A DNA stretch of 64,000 nucleotides from Candidatus Saccharimonadota bacterium (lineage in GTDB: Bacteria > Patescibacteriota > Saccharimonadia > Saccharimonadales > Saccharimonadaceae), in contig JAFRBR010000005.1 in the NCBI GenBank assembly GCA_017404795.1, positions 129-64,128 of the forward strand, written 5' to 3'. The notes under the pieces were generated by a model. The model was not told where the DNA came from. It searched no databases and saw nothing but the letters and a program-made list of their open reading frames with translations. Made by a program: the position numbers and the translations under genes. Below, in pieces: positions 34,609 to 45,049 of the stretch. Numbering within the stretch: the first letter of the stretch is position 1; each line of letters starts with the position of its first letter.

Positions 34609-36705
34609 TTATTTAGAATTTCGCTTCTCGATAATCTCCTGAGCTACATTGGGCGGTACTTCTTCGTAGGAGAAGAGCTCCATCGAGGAAGCCGCCCGAC
34701 CCTGCGTCATGCCGCGGAGGTCGCCAGTATAGCCAAATAGATTCGCCAGCGGGCAAAACGCTTTAATTAGTTTAGCACCGCCGTTCAAATCCTCCATTTC
34801 GTCAATTCGGCCTCGACGCGAGTTGATATCACCAATCACGTCACCCATAAACTCCTCAGGGGTGGTAATTTCGAGCTTCATCACTGGCTCGAGGAGCACC
34901 GGATTAGCTTTTTTAATACCCTCACGCGTCGCTAGAGCACCTGCCAAGGTAAAGGCTAGTTCCGAAGAGTCTACATCGTGATAACTACCATCATATAGAG
35001 TAGCCTTAACGTCTACCACTGGATAGCCGGCAATCACGCCACCAGCGAGAGTGTCTTCGATACCTTTCTGTACCGGTTTGCGGTATTCTTGCGGCACCAC
35101 ACCACCCTTAATTTGGTCAATAAACTCAAAGCCCTTCCCTGCTTCGTTGGGTTCAAATTTAATCCATACGTCGCCATACTGACCGCGGCCACCAGATTGC
35201 TTGACGTGTTTACCCTGAGCCTCGGCTGTGCCGCGGATAGTTTCACGATAAGCCACTTGTGGCGCACCAGTGTTGGCTTCTACGTTGTGTTCTCGTTTCA
35301 AACGGTCAATGATAATTTCTAGGTGGAGTTCCCCCATCCCGGAGATAATGGTTTGTCCGGTTTCTTCATCGGTGTGGACTCGGAAGGTCGGGTCTTCCTC
35401 GGCCATCTTAGAGAGGCCAAGAGCCATTTTTTCTTGGTCGGCCTTAGTTTTGGGCTCTACCGCAATTGACACCGGTGGGTCTGGAAATTCGATTGACTCT
35501 AGGAGAATCGGAGCATTGGGGGCGCACAGAGTTGTACCAGTAGTACAATTCTTTAACCCCACCACCGCCGCGATATCGCCAGCGCCAATTTCGTTGATGT
35601 CCTTACGGTCGTTAGCGTGCATTCGCACCAAGCGCCCAATCCGTTCCTTGTCGCCAGTCGAAACGTTTAATACCGTATCACCAGATTTTAATTTACCAGC
35701 ATACACGCGGATAAAAATCAACTTACCCACAAACGGGTCGGTTGCAATCTTAAAGGCGAGAGCCGTCAGAGGCTCAGAATTATCCGCCTTGCGAACCACC
35801 TGATCGCCAGTCTTTGGATCAGTTCCTACAGTTTGTCCTTGATCACGGTCTAGAGGCGACGGCAAATAATCCGTCATCAAATCTAGCAATTTCTCTACGA
35901 TTACCCCGCGACCATCCCCGCCAGTCACCAGGAAGAAATCACCATCCAAAACTCTCTTGCGCAGGGCAGATTTTAACTCATCTACAGTAATGGCTTCTTC
36001 ACCCTCGTTAAAGAACTTTTCCATCAAAGCTTCATCGGCTTGGACGGCTTCCTCAACCAACATTGAACGAGCATTTTTGGCCTTTTCTACCATATCTTCA
36101 GGGATTTCGCCCACTGTCAACTCATGGTCAGCGTAATCTTTGTAGGTGTAAGCCTTCATGTCAAGGAGGTCTACCACCCCACAAACATCCTTTTCAAACC
36201 CAATCGGCAAGTGAATTGCCACCGCGTTTTTAGATAAACGCTTGTGAATTGAATCTAGAGATTTATAAAAATCGCCACCAATTTGGTTAATCTTATTCAC
36301 AAAACAAATCCGCGGCACGCCGTATTTAGTTGCTTGGCGCCACACGGTTTCAGACTGGGCTTCCACCCCCATTTTACCGTCAAACACTACCACGGCGCCG
36401 TCTAGCACGCGAAGACTCCGTTCCACCTCTGCAGTAAAGTCAATATGCCCCGGGGTATCAATAATATTAATCTGGTGGTTTTTCCAATACACCGTCACCG
36501 CTGCCGAAGTAATCGTAATTCCCCGCTCCTTCTCCTGCTCCATCCAGTCGGTATCAGCACCACCGGTGCCACCCTTCACGAGGTCAATTTTGTGTTTTAG
36601 CCCCGTACGATACAAAATCGCCTCCGAAGCCGTAGTCTTGCCTGCGTCAATATGGGCAATAATCCCAATATTCCGCAAATTGTGCAAATCTTTAATGTCA
36701 GCCAT
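34609..36705 (-). CDS. fusA: Elongation factor G
   Basis: AHIDAGKTT, ERGITITSAA, DTPGHIDF, GMGELHL, QSGGRGQYG, DGSYHDVDSS. Confidence 0.99.
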   Translation of the reverse strand: MADIKDLHNLRNIGIIAHIDAGKTTASEAILYRTGLKHKIDLVKGGTGGADTDWMEQEKERGITITSAAVTVYWKNHQINIIDTPGHIDFTAEVERSLRVLDGAVVVFDGKMGVEAQSETVWRQATKYGVPRICFVNKINQIGGDFYKSLDSIHKRLSKNAVAIHLPIGFEKDVCGVVDLLDMKAYTYKDYADHELTVGEIPEDMVEKAKNARSMLVEEAVQADEALMEKFFNEGEEAITVDELKSALRKRVLDGDFFLVTGGDGRGVIVEKLLDLMTDYLPSPLDRDQGQTVGTDPKTGDQVVRKADNSEPLTALAFKIATDPFVGKLIFIRVYAGKLKSGDTVLNVSTGDKERIGRLVRMHANDRKDINEIGAGDIAAVVGLKNCTTGTTLCAPNAPILLESIEFPDPPVSIAVEPKTKADQEKMALGLSKMAEEDPTFRVHTDEETGQTIISGMGELHLEIIIDRLKREHNVEANTGAPQVAYRETIRGTAEAQGKHVKQSGGRGQYGDVWIKFEPNEAGKGFEFIDQIKGGVVPQEYRKPVQKGIEDTLAGGVIAGYPVVDVKATLYDGSYHDVDSSELAFTLAGALATREGIKKANPVLLEPVMKLEITTPEEFMGDVIGDINSRRGRIDEMEDLNGGAKLIKAFCPLANLFGYTGDLRGMTQGRAASSMELFSYEEVPPNVAQEIIEKRNSK

Positions 36706-36791
36706 ATGCTCCTTTATTTAATATTTTGCTCTCTTGAGTCCACACTCAAAAAGAATGTTCATCTGCATTAATTATAGCATAAAAATTCAAG

Positions 36792-38306
36792 TTATGACAA
36801 CTTTTCCCGCAAAATTTCTTGCACGGCGCTAGGGTTGGCTTTGCCTTTGGATTCTTTCATCACTTGTCCGACCAAAAAGCCAATCACTTTTTCTTCTCCA
36901 GCCTTAAAATCTGCCTGGGCTTTTTGAGTTTCCGGCTTGGCCAGTACTGCATCTACGATTTTTTCCAAGGCTCCGAGGTCGTTTTCCTGAATCACGCCCA
37001 GCTCCTTTGCAATCTGCCGTGCTCCATGTCCCTTCATCTGCGGACCAAATAATCTCAAGAAGACTTCCTTCGTCGCCGTAGAGGATAACTCCTTTTTCTC
37101 ATTCATCTCCGCCAACTCATTCAAATCCTTCGCGCTTGGCAAGTCGTTCAAATATTCTGCCGACTTCTCCTCCGCTAATAACACAGAGGTAAATAAGTTG
37201 GCAATTAAGACCAATCGAGAACACACTTTCCGGGACCTTTCGGAGGTTACGACCGAGAATGAGCGCGCCTCGCCCGTGACGACGGGCCGAGGCGACGCGT
37301 GTCCCGGAAAGTCGTGTTCCGATTGGTCCATTTCGTTTAGTTTGTTCATTAGCTCGGGGTAATCAAGCAATATTTCCAAAATATCGGCCTTAATTGTATC
37401 TTTAAACTTGACCCGGTAATCAGAAGGCATCAATGGTAATTTAGCTGATTCAGTTTTAATAAACTCAGCCGATAGATTAATCGGCGGCAGGTCTGGTTCT
37501 GGCATATAGCGATAATCTTTAGCCTCTTCCTTTGAGCGTTGTCCAGTAGTCTTGCCATCCGCATCACTCCACCCCCGTGTTTCCTGCACCACTTTTTTGC
37601 CAGACTCCAAAACTCGCGTTTGCCGCTTAATTTCATACTCTACTGCTCTTTCCACACTTCTAAACGAATTCAAATTCTTCACTTCCGCCCGCGTGCCCAA
37701 CTCAGACGAGCCCTCCGGTGCTAGCGAAATATTCACGTCAAACCGCATGTTGCCGTTGTAGAGATCCCCATAAGTCACTCCCGCAAATCGCATCAAGCGC
37801 CACAATTCTTTACAGTAATCGTGCGCGTCCTTGGCCGAATGAATATCCGGCATCGAGACAATTTCGATTAGCGGCGTATCTACCCGATTCAAGTCCACCA
37901 AAGAATAATCCGAGAAATGAGTCAATTTCCCCGCGTCGCCCTCTAGATGCGCGTGTTCGATCCGAATCTTTGTGCCCGACGGCAATTCCACATACCCCTC
38001 GCCAATAATCGGCGCATAGAATTGGGTAATCTGGTAGCCCTTCGGTGAATCCGGATAAAAATAATGTTTGCGGTCAAACCTGCTAAAAGCGTTAATTTTG
38101 CAATTCATCGCTCGCCCCGCCCGAATTGCATACCGAATCGCCTCGCCGTTTAAGCGCGGCAACATCCCCGGCAGAGCATAATCCACCGGCGACACACACG
38201 AATTTGGCTCTTTACCCCGCGCGTCATTATCTACCTCCGAAAACAATTTGGTCTTCGTACATAGTTGTACATGACACTCAATCCCAATCGTCGGCACATA
38301 TTTCAT
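36792..38306 (-). CDS. gatB: Asp-tRNA(Asn)/Glu-tRNA(Gln) amidotransferase subunit B with a 40-aa insertion
   Basis: IGIECHVQL.TKTKLF, DRKHYFYPD, HLEGDAGK, YRYMPEPDLP, GQVMK..KGKANP. Confidence 0.97.
   Translation of the reverse strand: MKYVPTIGIECHVQLCTKTKLFSEVDNDARGKEPNSCVSPVDYALPGMLPRLNGEAIRYAIRAGRAMNCKINAFSRFDRKHYFYPDSPKGYQITQFYAPIIGEGYVELPSGTKIRIEHAHLEGDAGKLTHFSDYSLVDLNRVDTPLIEIVSMPDIHSAKDAHDYCKELWRLMRFAGVTYGDLYNGNMRFDVNISLAPEGSSELGTRAEVKNLNSFRSVERAVEYEIKRQTRVLESGKKVVQETRGWSDADGKTTGQRSKEEAKDYRYMPEPDLPPINLSAEFIKTESAKLPLMPSDYRVKFKDTIKADILEILLDYPELMNKLNEMDQSEHDFPGHASPRPVVTGEARSFSVVTSERSRKVCSRLVLIANLFTSVLLAEEKSAEYLNDLPSAKDLNELAEMNEKKELSSTATKEVFLRLFGPQMKGHGARQIAKELGVIQENDLGALEKIVDAVLAKPETQKAQADFKAGEEKVIGFLVGQVMKESKGKANPSAVQEILREKLS
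37209..37328. repeat. In-frame palindromic element (120 nt) in gatB
   Basis: Arms GACCAATCG..AACAC.ACTTTCCGGGAC / GTCCCGGAAAGTCGTGTTCCGATTGGTC; core CCCGTGACGACGGG. Confidence 0.9.
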
Positions 38307-38364
38307 AATTTGCTCCTTCCGCGCTTCACCGTTAAATAGGCTCGTATGGCTTTGTTTTTTAGTC

Positions 38365-38784
38365 TCATATTGCTCCTAAATCTTTTAAGGCTTGTTTATA
38401 AACCGCCAATGCATTCGACGCCTGCTTATAACTAATCTCAAAACCCGACTCATGCGCAATGGCATTACGCAGTTTATGTACTCGCCACACCGCATTCAAA
38501 TGTTCAAATTTGTCCCCGCGTCGCTTCAGTCTATCACCCATAGTTTTGCCCGGCACGCCCATTTCTACCATTGCTTTGTCCAATAATTTGTCTGCCTCAA
38601 TAATCACCACTGTCCAAGTCGCCGGACTGTCTTGGTTTAGTTTATTTTCAATAGCTAAAAATCTAGTCTGATATAACTCCTTATTAAAAGTATATCCGCG
38701 CTTACCTGTCAGCAAAATCGCCACAAAGATAAACACTGCCACAATCAAAACAGCGATAATAAAAGTCACCACTCCGCCATCCAT
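38365..38784 (-). CDS. Single-TM hypothetical protein between gatA and gatB
   Basis: N-terminal TM, EADKLLD..M...G..GKTMGDRLK, HKLRNAIAHE. Confidence 0.8.
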   Translation of the reverse strand: MDGGVVTFIIAVLIVAVFIFVAILLTGKRGYTFNKELYQTRFLAIENKLNQDSPATWTVVIIEADKLLDKAMVEMGVPGKTMGDRLKRRGDKFEHLNAVWRVHKLRNAIAHESGFEISYKQASNALAVYKQALKDLGAI

Positions 38785-38805
38785 CACATTTCACCCCTGT
38801 TAAAC

Positions 38806-38834
38806 TTGACATTTGTAGTCATCTGTGATATAAT
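38806..38834 (+). promoter_or_regulatory. Consensus sigma70 promoter pointing antisense into the 3' end of gatA
   Basis: TTGACA 38806-38811, 17-nt spacer, TG-A-TATAAT 38826-38834. Confidence 0.6.
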
Positions 38835-38841
38835 GGTAGTA

Positions 38842-40320
38842 TTAGTCATCTTCTTGTAACTCCTTGCTAAACTCTATTAAGCTCTTGTCGCTTCGTCGTG
38901 GCCCCACTAATTGTAAACCAATTGGTAGGCCAGTTTTGGTTTTACCCGCTGGAATCGTCAGTCCTGGTACCCCCGCCAAATTCAAGGGCACGCTCATCAC
39001 ATCCTCTAGATACATCGCCACCGGATCGTTTACCTTTTCACCCAGTTTAAAAGCCGGGTTTGGTGCCACAGGTGTCAAAATATAATCACACTGTTTAAAC
39101 GCCTTTTCGTATTCCTTAACAATCAAAGTCCGAGCTTTGGCCGCTTTCAGGAAATAAGCATCATAGAACCCGCTTGACAGCACAAAATTCCCAATCATAA
39201 TCCGTCGCTTGTTTTCGGGCATAAAACCCTCGTCCCGCGTATTGGAATAAAGCGCGTCCAAATCTTCCGAATTTTCTGACCGAAATCCATATCGCACCCC
39301 GTCGTAGCGCGACAGATTCGAAGCCACCTCCGCCGGCACAATAATATAATATGCTGCCAGGGCATATTTTAATGCCGGCATTTCGAGCTCCACGATTTCA
39401 TGACCTTTAGACTTCAGTAGTTCGCATTTATGTTTCAATGCGTTCCGAATTTCCTTATCTACGCTATCATTATCAAATTCCTTAATAATTCCTATTCGAA
39501 CGCAAGAATCAGACGCTTCGTTCGCCTCCTCGCTCGCGCCCGTCGTCACGGGGCTCGCTTCGTCGATTGCTCCCGTTGTCGCAAACGCTCTCGAATCGTC
39601 CGATTCTGCGTTCGAACTTACGTTATAGTAATCATCAAGAGTAGTCAGATCCTTCGGATCACGACCGCTCGCAACTGACATTAGTAAATCCATATCCTCT
39701 GGTGTCTTAGTAAAGAAGCCAATGCAATCAGTGGAGGAAGCCATCGCCACCACGCCATATCGCGAAACACATCCATAAGTAGGCTTCAGGCCATATACGC
39801 CGTTAAACGAAGCCGGTTGCCGAATCGAACCACCCGTATCAGTGCCAGTCGCAAACTCGACAATATCTAGCGCCACCGCCACCGCCGAGCCGCCAGACGA
39901 CCCTCCAGCCACTCGCTCGCGGTCATAGGCATTCAAAGTCGGTCCAAAATACGAATTTTCCGTCGATGACCCGTGAGCAAAAGCATCAAGATTGGTCCGC
40001 CCAATCATAATTGCTCCCTCATCTTCCAATTTTTTCACCGCCGTAGCCGTAATCGGCGCCGTAAACCCTTGTAAAATATGAGCCGAAGCAGTCGTCTCGC
40101 CCTCTGGCGAAAGAAAATTGTCCTTCAAAGCATACGGCACACCCGCCAGGCGTCCAACCTTTTCACCGCGGGCAATCCGGGCATCAATCTCTCGTGCTCG
40201 CTTCAAGGCTCCCTCCTCATTTAAATACGTAAAAATGTTATAATCTGCAAAATGTTTCGCCTTTGCCAGGGCGTCCTTCACTAATCTCTCGGCGGTGACT
40301 TTCTTGTTAGCTATTTTCAT
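38842..40320 (-). CDS. gatA: Amidotransferase subunit A with a ~41-aa insertion
   Basis: ALKDNF, GGSSGGSA, GTDTGGSIRQPAS amidase signature. Confidence 0.97.
   Translation of the reverse strand: MKIANKKVTAERLVKDALAKAKHFADYNIFTYLNEEGALKRAREIDARIARGEKVGRLAGVPYALKDNFLSPEGETTASAHILQGFTAPITATAVKKLEDEGAIMIGRTNLDAFAHGSSTENSYFGPTLNAYDRERVAGGSSGGSAVAVALDIVEFATGTDTGGSIRQPASFNGVYGLKPTYGCVSRYGVVAMASSTDCIGFFTKTPEDMDLLMSVASGRDPKDLTTLDDYYNVSSNAESDDSRAFATTGAIDEASPVTTGASEEANEASDSCVRIGIIKEFDNDSVDKEIRNALKHKCELLKSKGHEIVELEMPALKYALAAYYIIVPAEVASNLSRYDGVRYGFRSENSEDLDALYSNTRDEGFMPENKRRIMIGNFVLSSGFYDAYFLKAAKARTLIVKEYEKAFKQCDYILTPVAPNPAFKLGEKVNDPVAMYLEDVMSVPLNLAGVPGLTIPAGKTKTGLPIGLQLVGPRRSDKSLIEFSKELQEDD
39495..39616. 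repeat. In-frame palindromic element in gatA
   Basis: Arms TTCGAACGCAAGAATCAGACG / CGTCCGATTCTGCGTTCGAA; core CGCTCGCGCCCGTCGTCACGGGGCTCGCT. Confidence 0.9.
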
Positions 40321-40604
40321 AATACTTTTGGCACCTTTATTTGATTATCTTTGGCCTCTACCGTCAAGGCCAGCAAAGCCTCTCTATCGGCCTCTTGCGG
40401 CAAAATCTCATCTTCGCGCCAGACATTTTCCATCTCAAATACTTGGTAAGTTGGCTCCACGTCTGCAGTGTCTAACTCATCCAGCTGCGATATATACTCA
40501 ATAATACTCTGCAGATCCTTTTGCAAAGACTCGGCCTCCCCTTCCGAAACTGCAAAATTCGACAAATCAGCCAAATGCAAAATATCCTCGCGTTTTATAT
40601 CCAT
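40317..40604 (-). CDS. gatC: Amidotransferase subunit C
   Basis: HLA.LS, I.EYISQL.ELDT..VEPT, WRED, KVPKVL. Confidence 0.95.
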   Translation of the reverse strand: MDIKREDILHLADLSNFAVSEGEAESLQKDLQSIIEYISQLDELDTADVEPTYQVFEMENVWREDEILPQEADREALLALTVEAKDNQIKVPKVL

Positions 40605-40621
40605 AAAACCATTATACCAGA

Positions 40622-42262
40622 TTATTTGGCGTTACGGAACAGAATTTTCTTAATATAATTAAACACTGGTTTGGCTTCTTTTAAGTCTAGGAAATAACTC
40701 GCAATCAAATAAGCCGCCAAAGATACTCCCGCAATCAATAGGAACTTCGGAATCGTAATTACTAACGATGTATCCGTCACCATCAGCGGCACAAACTTCG
40801 TCATTGAAAATGCCACACAACCAGTAATAACCCCCGCAAATGCCATTCGCCCCGCCGCCTTCCAAAAAGCCTTATTTAGAAGCTCACCATGCGCTCTTTT
40901 TTGCAAAATCGAAAGCAAAATTACAATTTCTACTACTGCGCCAATTGACTGCGCCGCACCCAGCCCGTCCACACCCCAACTTAGCGAATAAAACCATACC
41001 GACAACCCAATCGTCAGCCCAATCGCTAGAATTGACACGTAAAACGGTGTCTTGGTGTCCTGAAAAGCGTAAAACCCCCGCGAAGCAATATGAAAAACGC
41101 TCCGGGCAAAAATCGCAATACAGAGCACTCCGAGCACCGAAGCAATCGTCCCGTTACTATCGTTATTACCGATGTTTGAGATAAAGCTCGTCACGTAACC
41201 TCGGGCAAAAAACGCAATCACAGTTACCGGCAAAGCAATCCAGACAATTGTCCTTAAAGCCTGGCGAAAAGTTTCATAGAATTCTTTTTTATCTCCTGCC
41301 CCTAATTCTTCAGTTAGTTTCGGGAAGAACGCCGTGGAAATCGCCACCCCAATTAAATTCACCGGCATCTGGTGCAAAGTCGAGGCTTGGTTAAACGACC
41401 GCACCGCTCCCGCCCCCATCCGAGATGACAGATTGGTATTTACGATTCCGTTTACATAATCCATCCCTTGGTCTAAAGATCGCGCCGGCAATAATCGTAA
41501 AATCGACCGGAATCCTTGATTTTTCCATTTAATCTTGAAATTGTAATCCATTCCTAGACCAAATAATCCAATCAATGACACAATTAATTGCATCACCGCC
41601 CCCAGAATCACGCCGACCGCCACCCCCATAATCCCTCCACCAAACACTTCCACGCCAAACAAATTAATACCGTCAGTAAAGCAAGTGATACCAATGATAA
41701 TTCCAATATTATAAATCACTGGCGCTAGTGAATAAAAGATAAACCGCCCCACAGCTTGCTGAATTGAAGTCAGTACCGTCGCAATCGAAAACAAGAACGG
41801 GTTAATCGCAATTACGCGTGTCATATTTATCGCCAGCACCATTCCAGATTCATCTAACCCCGGCGACACCACATAACGAATTAACGGATCCGCAAAAATC
41901 ATAATTAGTACTGACGCAATCAAAGTCAAAATCGCCATCAGATTCAAAAGAGATGACGACAATTCCCAGGCGGATTTTTTGTTCCCCTTCGCCAACCTTT
42001 CATTAAACACTGGTATAAACGACACCGACAGGGCGCCACTAGTCAAAATAAAAAACATAAAGTCCGGCACCGTAAAGGCCGCCGTATAAGCATCAATCCC
42101 CGTTGGGTAGGTTCCTAGATAATACGAGTTTAGTAGCCGGTCTCGAAACAGCCCCAGCAAAGCCGAAATCAAAGTCGATGAAGCCAATACAATTGCTGCC
42201 GATTTAACCGACATTTTGGCCTGCGCTAACGCCACCACCGACTTAAATTTAAACTTTCTCAT
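40622..42262 (-). CDS. murJ: Lipid II flippase MurJ
   Basis: SALLGLFRDRL, DAY.AAF.VPD, GALSVSFIP, ~14 TMs. Confidence 0.93.
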   Translation of the reverse strand: MRKFKFKSVVALAQAKMSVKSAAIVLASSTLISALLGLFRDRLLNSYYLGTYPTGIDAYTAAFTVPDFMFFILTSGALSVSFIPVFNERLAKGNKKSAWELSSSLLNLMAILTLIASVLIMIFADPLIRYVVSPGLDESGMVLAINMTRVIAINPFLFSIATVLTSIQQAVGRFIFYSLAPVIYNIGIIIGITCFTDGINLFGVEVFGGGIMGVAVGVILGAVMQLIVSLIGLFGLGMDYNFKIKWKNQGFRSILRLLPARSLDQGMDYVNGIVNTNLSSRMGAGAVRSFNQASTLHQMPVNLIGVAISTAFFPKLTEELGAGDKKEFYETFRQALRTIVWIALPVTVIAFFARGYVTSFISNIGNNDSNGTIASVLGVLCIAIFARSVFHIASRGFYAFQDTKTPFYVSILAIGLTIGLSVWFYSLSWGVDGLGAAQSIGAVVEIVILLSILQKRAHGELLNKAFWKAAGRMAFAGVITGCVAFSMTKFVPLMVTDTSLVITIPKFLLIAGVSLAAYLIASYFLDLKEAKPVFNYIKKILFRNAK

Positions 42263-42322
42263 ATATATTATAATACCATATAAAAAACTTTATGTTTTTG
42301 AAATTTGATGTATAATGTATAT

Positions 42323-45043
42323 ATGGCTAAAAAGAAATTGGAGAGGATTTTGCCGTCCAAGTCTAATTCTAAGACCAAAAAACGCAAAAAATCCTCTAAA
42401 ACTGCGAAAAAGAACATGAACCTTTATTCTAGTTTGGCGTATAATTATCGCGCCAAAAAAGAAGCCAATTCTCGTCGTCAAGCCGAGGATATGGCCAAAC
42501 TCCCTAAAGAGCCCGTTAAACGTTTTTTTGCACGACTACACCCCAAGAGAGCCTTCAAATGGTGGTTTTCTTGGCGGGGGCAAAAGGCTATCCTCAAGTT
42601 TTTTGCAGCTTGTATTCTAATTTTCATCATCTTCCTTGGCGGCTTGTTCCTCTACTACAAGAAAGATTTAGACGAAATCCGCCTCGACGAAATGTCTATC
42701 TCCGAAACAGTCAATACCTACCTTGATCGCAACGGTGAATTACTTTGGAAAGACACTGGTAACGATGATTATCGTTTAGTAATTGACGCCGAAGATATAC
42801 CAGAAACCATGTACCAAGCCACTGTTGCTATCGAGGATCGCAATTTCTATAACCACTCCGGTGTAGATTTTGGGGCCATGATTCGGGCCGCTTTCTCCAC
42901 CCTGTCCGGTCAGGGCGTTCAGGGTGGCTCTACCCTTACTCAACAGCTGATTAAACAAGTTTATTTCTCTGATGAAGCTCAAAGTGCCGACCGTGGTGGT
43001 CTTACCCGTAAGGTCAAAGAGCTAATTTTGGCTGTAGAGCTCGAAAAGATGTATTCCAAAGACCAAATTCTTACAATGTATCTCAATCAGTCGCCTTATG
43101 GTGGTCGACGTAACGGCGTAGAATCGGCTGCCCAGACTTATTTTGGCAAACACGCCAAAGAATTGACCTTAGCCGAATCAGCTCTCCTCGCCTCTATCCC
43201 CAACAATCCCGGCGTTTTTAACCCCTACAATGAATATGGTCACGAACAACTGATTTGGCGTCAGCACTATACTCTAGACGCCATGGTCGAAATGGGCTAT
43301 ATCACGGAGGAGCAAGCCGAAGAAGCTAAGGCCGTAGACATTTTAGCCACTATTAAGCCCGAATCTAGCCAATACGCTGACATGTTGGCTCCGCATTTCG
43401 TTCTAGAAGTCAAAAAACAGCTAGAAGACAAATACGGTATTTCTACTATGCGAGCTGGTGGTTGGACTATTAAGACCACTCTTGATCTTCGTGCTCAAAA
43501 AATCGCCGAAGACGCCATCGCTGTTGGCTCTCAACACATGTACAAAAACAACAGTGACGACCTCGCCCTAGTATCGGTCGATGTCGAGACTTCTCAGGTT
43601 GTGGCTATGGTGGGCTCAATTGATTTCTTCAACGCCGAATATGGCGAAATGAATGCCACCACTGATTCCCTCATCGAACCGGGTTCTTCGATTAAGCCGA
43701 TTTTGGACTATTCCCCGCTCTTTATGCAACGTGAAGGCGTCAATTACGGTCCGGGCAGCGTCTTGAAAGACGAAAACATCAACAGCCTTTATTGTGCTGG
43801 CTATTCTGGTAGCTGTTCACTAACCAATGCTACCGGTACTTTCTATGGCAATGTCACCATTCGCTTTTCACTAGGCCACTCTCTTAATATCGCCGCCGTT
43901 AAGGCTCTTTACATCAATGGTATTGACAATTCTCTTGAAATCGCACATCAACTTGGCGACAAGACCTACTGTGAAGGCCAAGAAGGTTACGGTCTCTCCA
44001 TTGCTATTGGTTCTGGTTGTAATGTTCGGATGGTCGAGCATGCCAACGCTTATGCTTCACTAGCTCGTGGCGGTTCTTATAAAGACCTTGCCTATGTCCT
44101 AGAAATGAAAAATTCTTCCGGCGAAGTCATCGAATCGTGGACCGATCCAGAGGCTACCCCAGTGGTCGACCCCCAAGTTGCTTATATGATTGCTGATATT
44201 CTGAGCGATCCTAGTGCCCGCTGGTTTAATAACGAGGGGTTCGTGGTTCCAGGTGTTTGGACTGCTACCAAGACTGGTACTACCACTACCACTAATTCTG
44301 CCGTTACCAAAGACTCCTTGATCGAAAGTTTTTCTACCGCTGTTTCTACATTCGTCTGGAACGGTAATCACGACGGCGCCGGTCTTAGCTCCAACTCTAA
44401 TGATATCGTGCGTCATACCGTAGGCTATTATATGGAGCACGTCCACAAAGAAGTTTACCAGCCCGATGGTCGTTGGAACCCTGGTGACCAACCCGTTCGG
44501 CCCGCTGGCATTCAGACTCTCACCGTCAACGGCCGCACTGATATTTGGCCTAGCTGGTATAATTCAAAGAACTCTGGCGTTACCACTGAGAAACTCACTT
44601 TCAACCGCTACAACCATCTACTGGCTGCTGCTTGTACCCCAGAAGATCAAAAAATCGAAGTCGATGTCACCAAGACTATTGATCCAATGACCGGCAACGC
44701 CGTTTATAGTGTTCCCGAGCCATATAACCGCGACCAAAACGATACTTGTGATTATCAACCACCTCGGGTTTCTCTTTCGGTTAGTGGTTGCAAACTTAGC
44801 GCCAACATTAGCCGAGGGACATCCGACCTCGCTGGTGCTACGCTCTACATCAATGGCGTAGAAAAAGGCGGTGTTTCCCTTGGTGGTGGTGTCATCTACG
44901 CTCTCGATGGCACCGAAACTTCAGCTCGTCTTACCGTTTCCGATGCTGCTGGCTACACTTCTACTGGCGAAATCACCCTCACCCCAGACAGTTCATGTAA
45001 AAAGAGCTCTTCTGGTAGCACCAATGTCGACAGCAACTCTTAA
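42323..45043 (+). CDS. Class A penicillin-binding protein (transglycosylase-transpeptidase)
   Basis: EDRNFYNHSG, GGSTLTQQLIK, RKVKE, YLNQSPYG; SSIK, SLN, KTG motifs; leaderless start. Confidence 0.95.
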   Translation: MAKKKLERILPSKSNSKTKKRKKSSKTAKKNMNLYSSLAYNYRAKKEANSRRQAEDMAKLPKEPVKRFFARLHPKRAFKWWFSWRGQKAILKFFAACILIFIIFLGGLFLYYKKDLDEIRLDEMSISETVNTYLDRNGELLWKDTGNDDYRLVIDAEDIPETMYQATVAIEDRNFYNHSGVDFGAMIRAAFSTLSGQGVQGGSTLTQQLIKQVYFSDEAQSADRGGLTRKVKELILAVELEKMYSKDQILTMYLNQSPYGGRRNGVESAAQTYFGKHAKELTLAESALLASIPNNPGVFNPYNEYGHEQLIWRQHYTLDAMVEMGYITEEQAEEAKAVDILATIKPESSQYADMLAPHFVLEVKKQLEDKYGISTMRAGGWTIKTTLDLRAQKIAEDAIAVGSQHMYKNNSDDLALVSVDVETSQVVAMVGSIDFFNAEYGEMNATTDSLIEPGSSIKPILDYSPLFMQREGVNYGPGSVLKDENINSLYCAGYSGSCSLTNATGTFYGNVTIRFSLGHSLNIAAVKALYINGIDNSLEIAHQLGDKTYCEGQEGYGLSIAIGSGCNVRMVEHANAYASLARGGSYKDLAYVLEMKNSSGEVIESWTDPEATPVVDPQVAYMIADILSDPSARWFNNEGFVVPGVWTATKTGTTTTTNSAVTKDSLIESFSTAVSTFVWNGNHDGAGLSSNSNDIVRHTVGYYMEHVHKEVYQPDGRWNPGDQPVRPAGIQTLTVNGRTDIWPSWYNSKNSGVTTEKLTFNRYNHLLAAACTPEDQKIEVDVTKTIDPMTGNAVYSVPEPYNRDQNDTCDYQPPRVSLSVSGCKLSANISRGTSDLAGATLYINGVEKGGVSLGGGVIYALDGTETSARLTVSDAAGYTSTGEITLTPDSSCKKSSSGSTNVDSNS

Positions 45044-45049
45044 ACTAAG

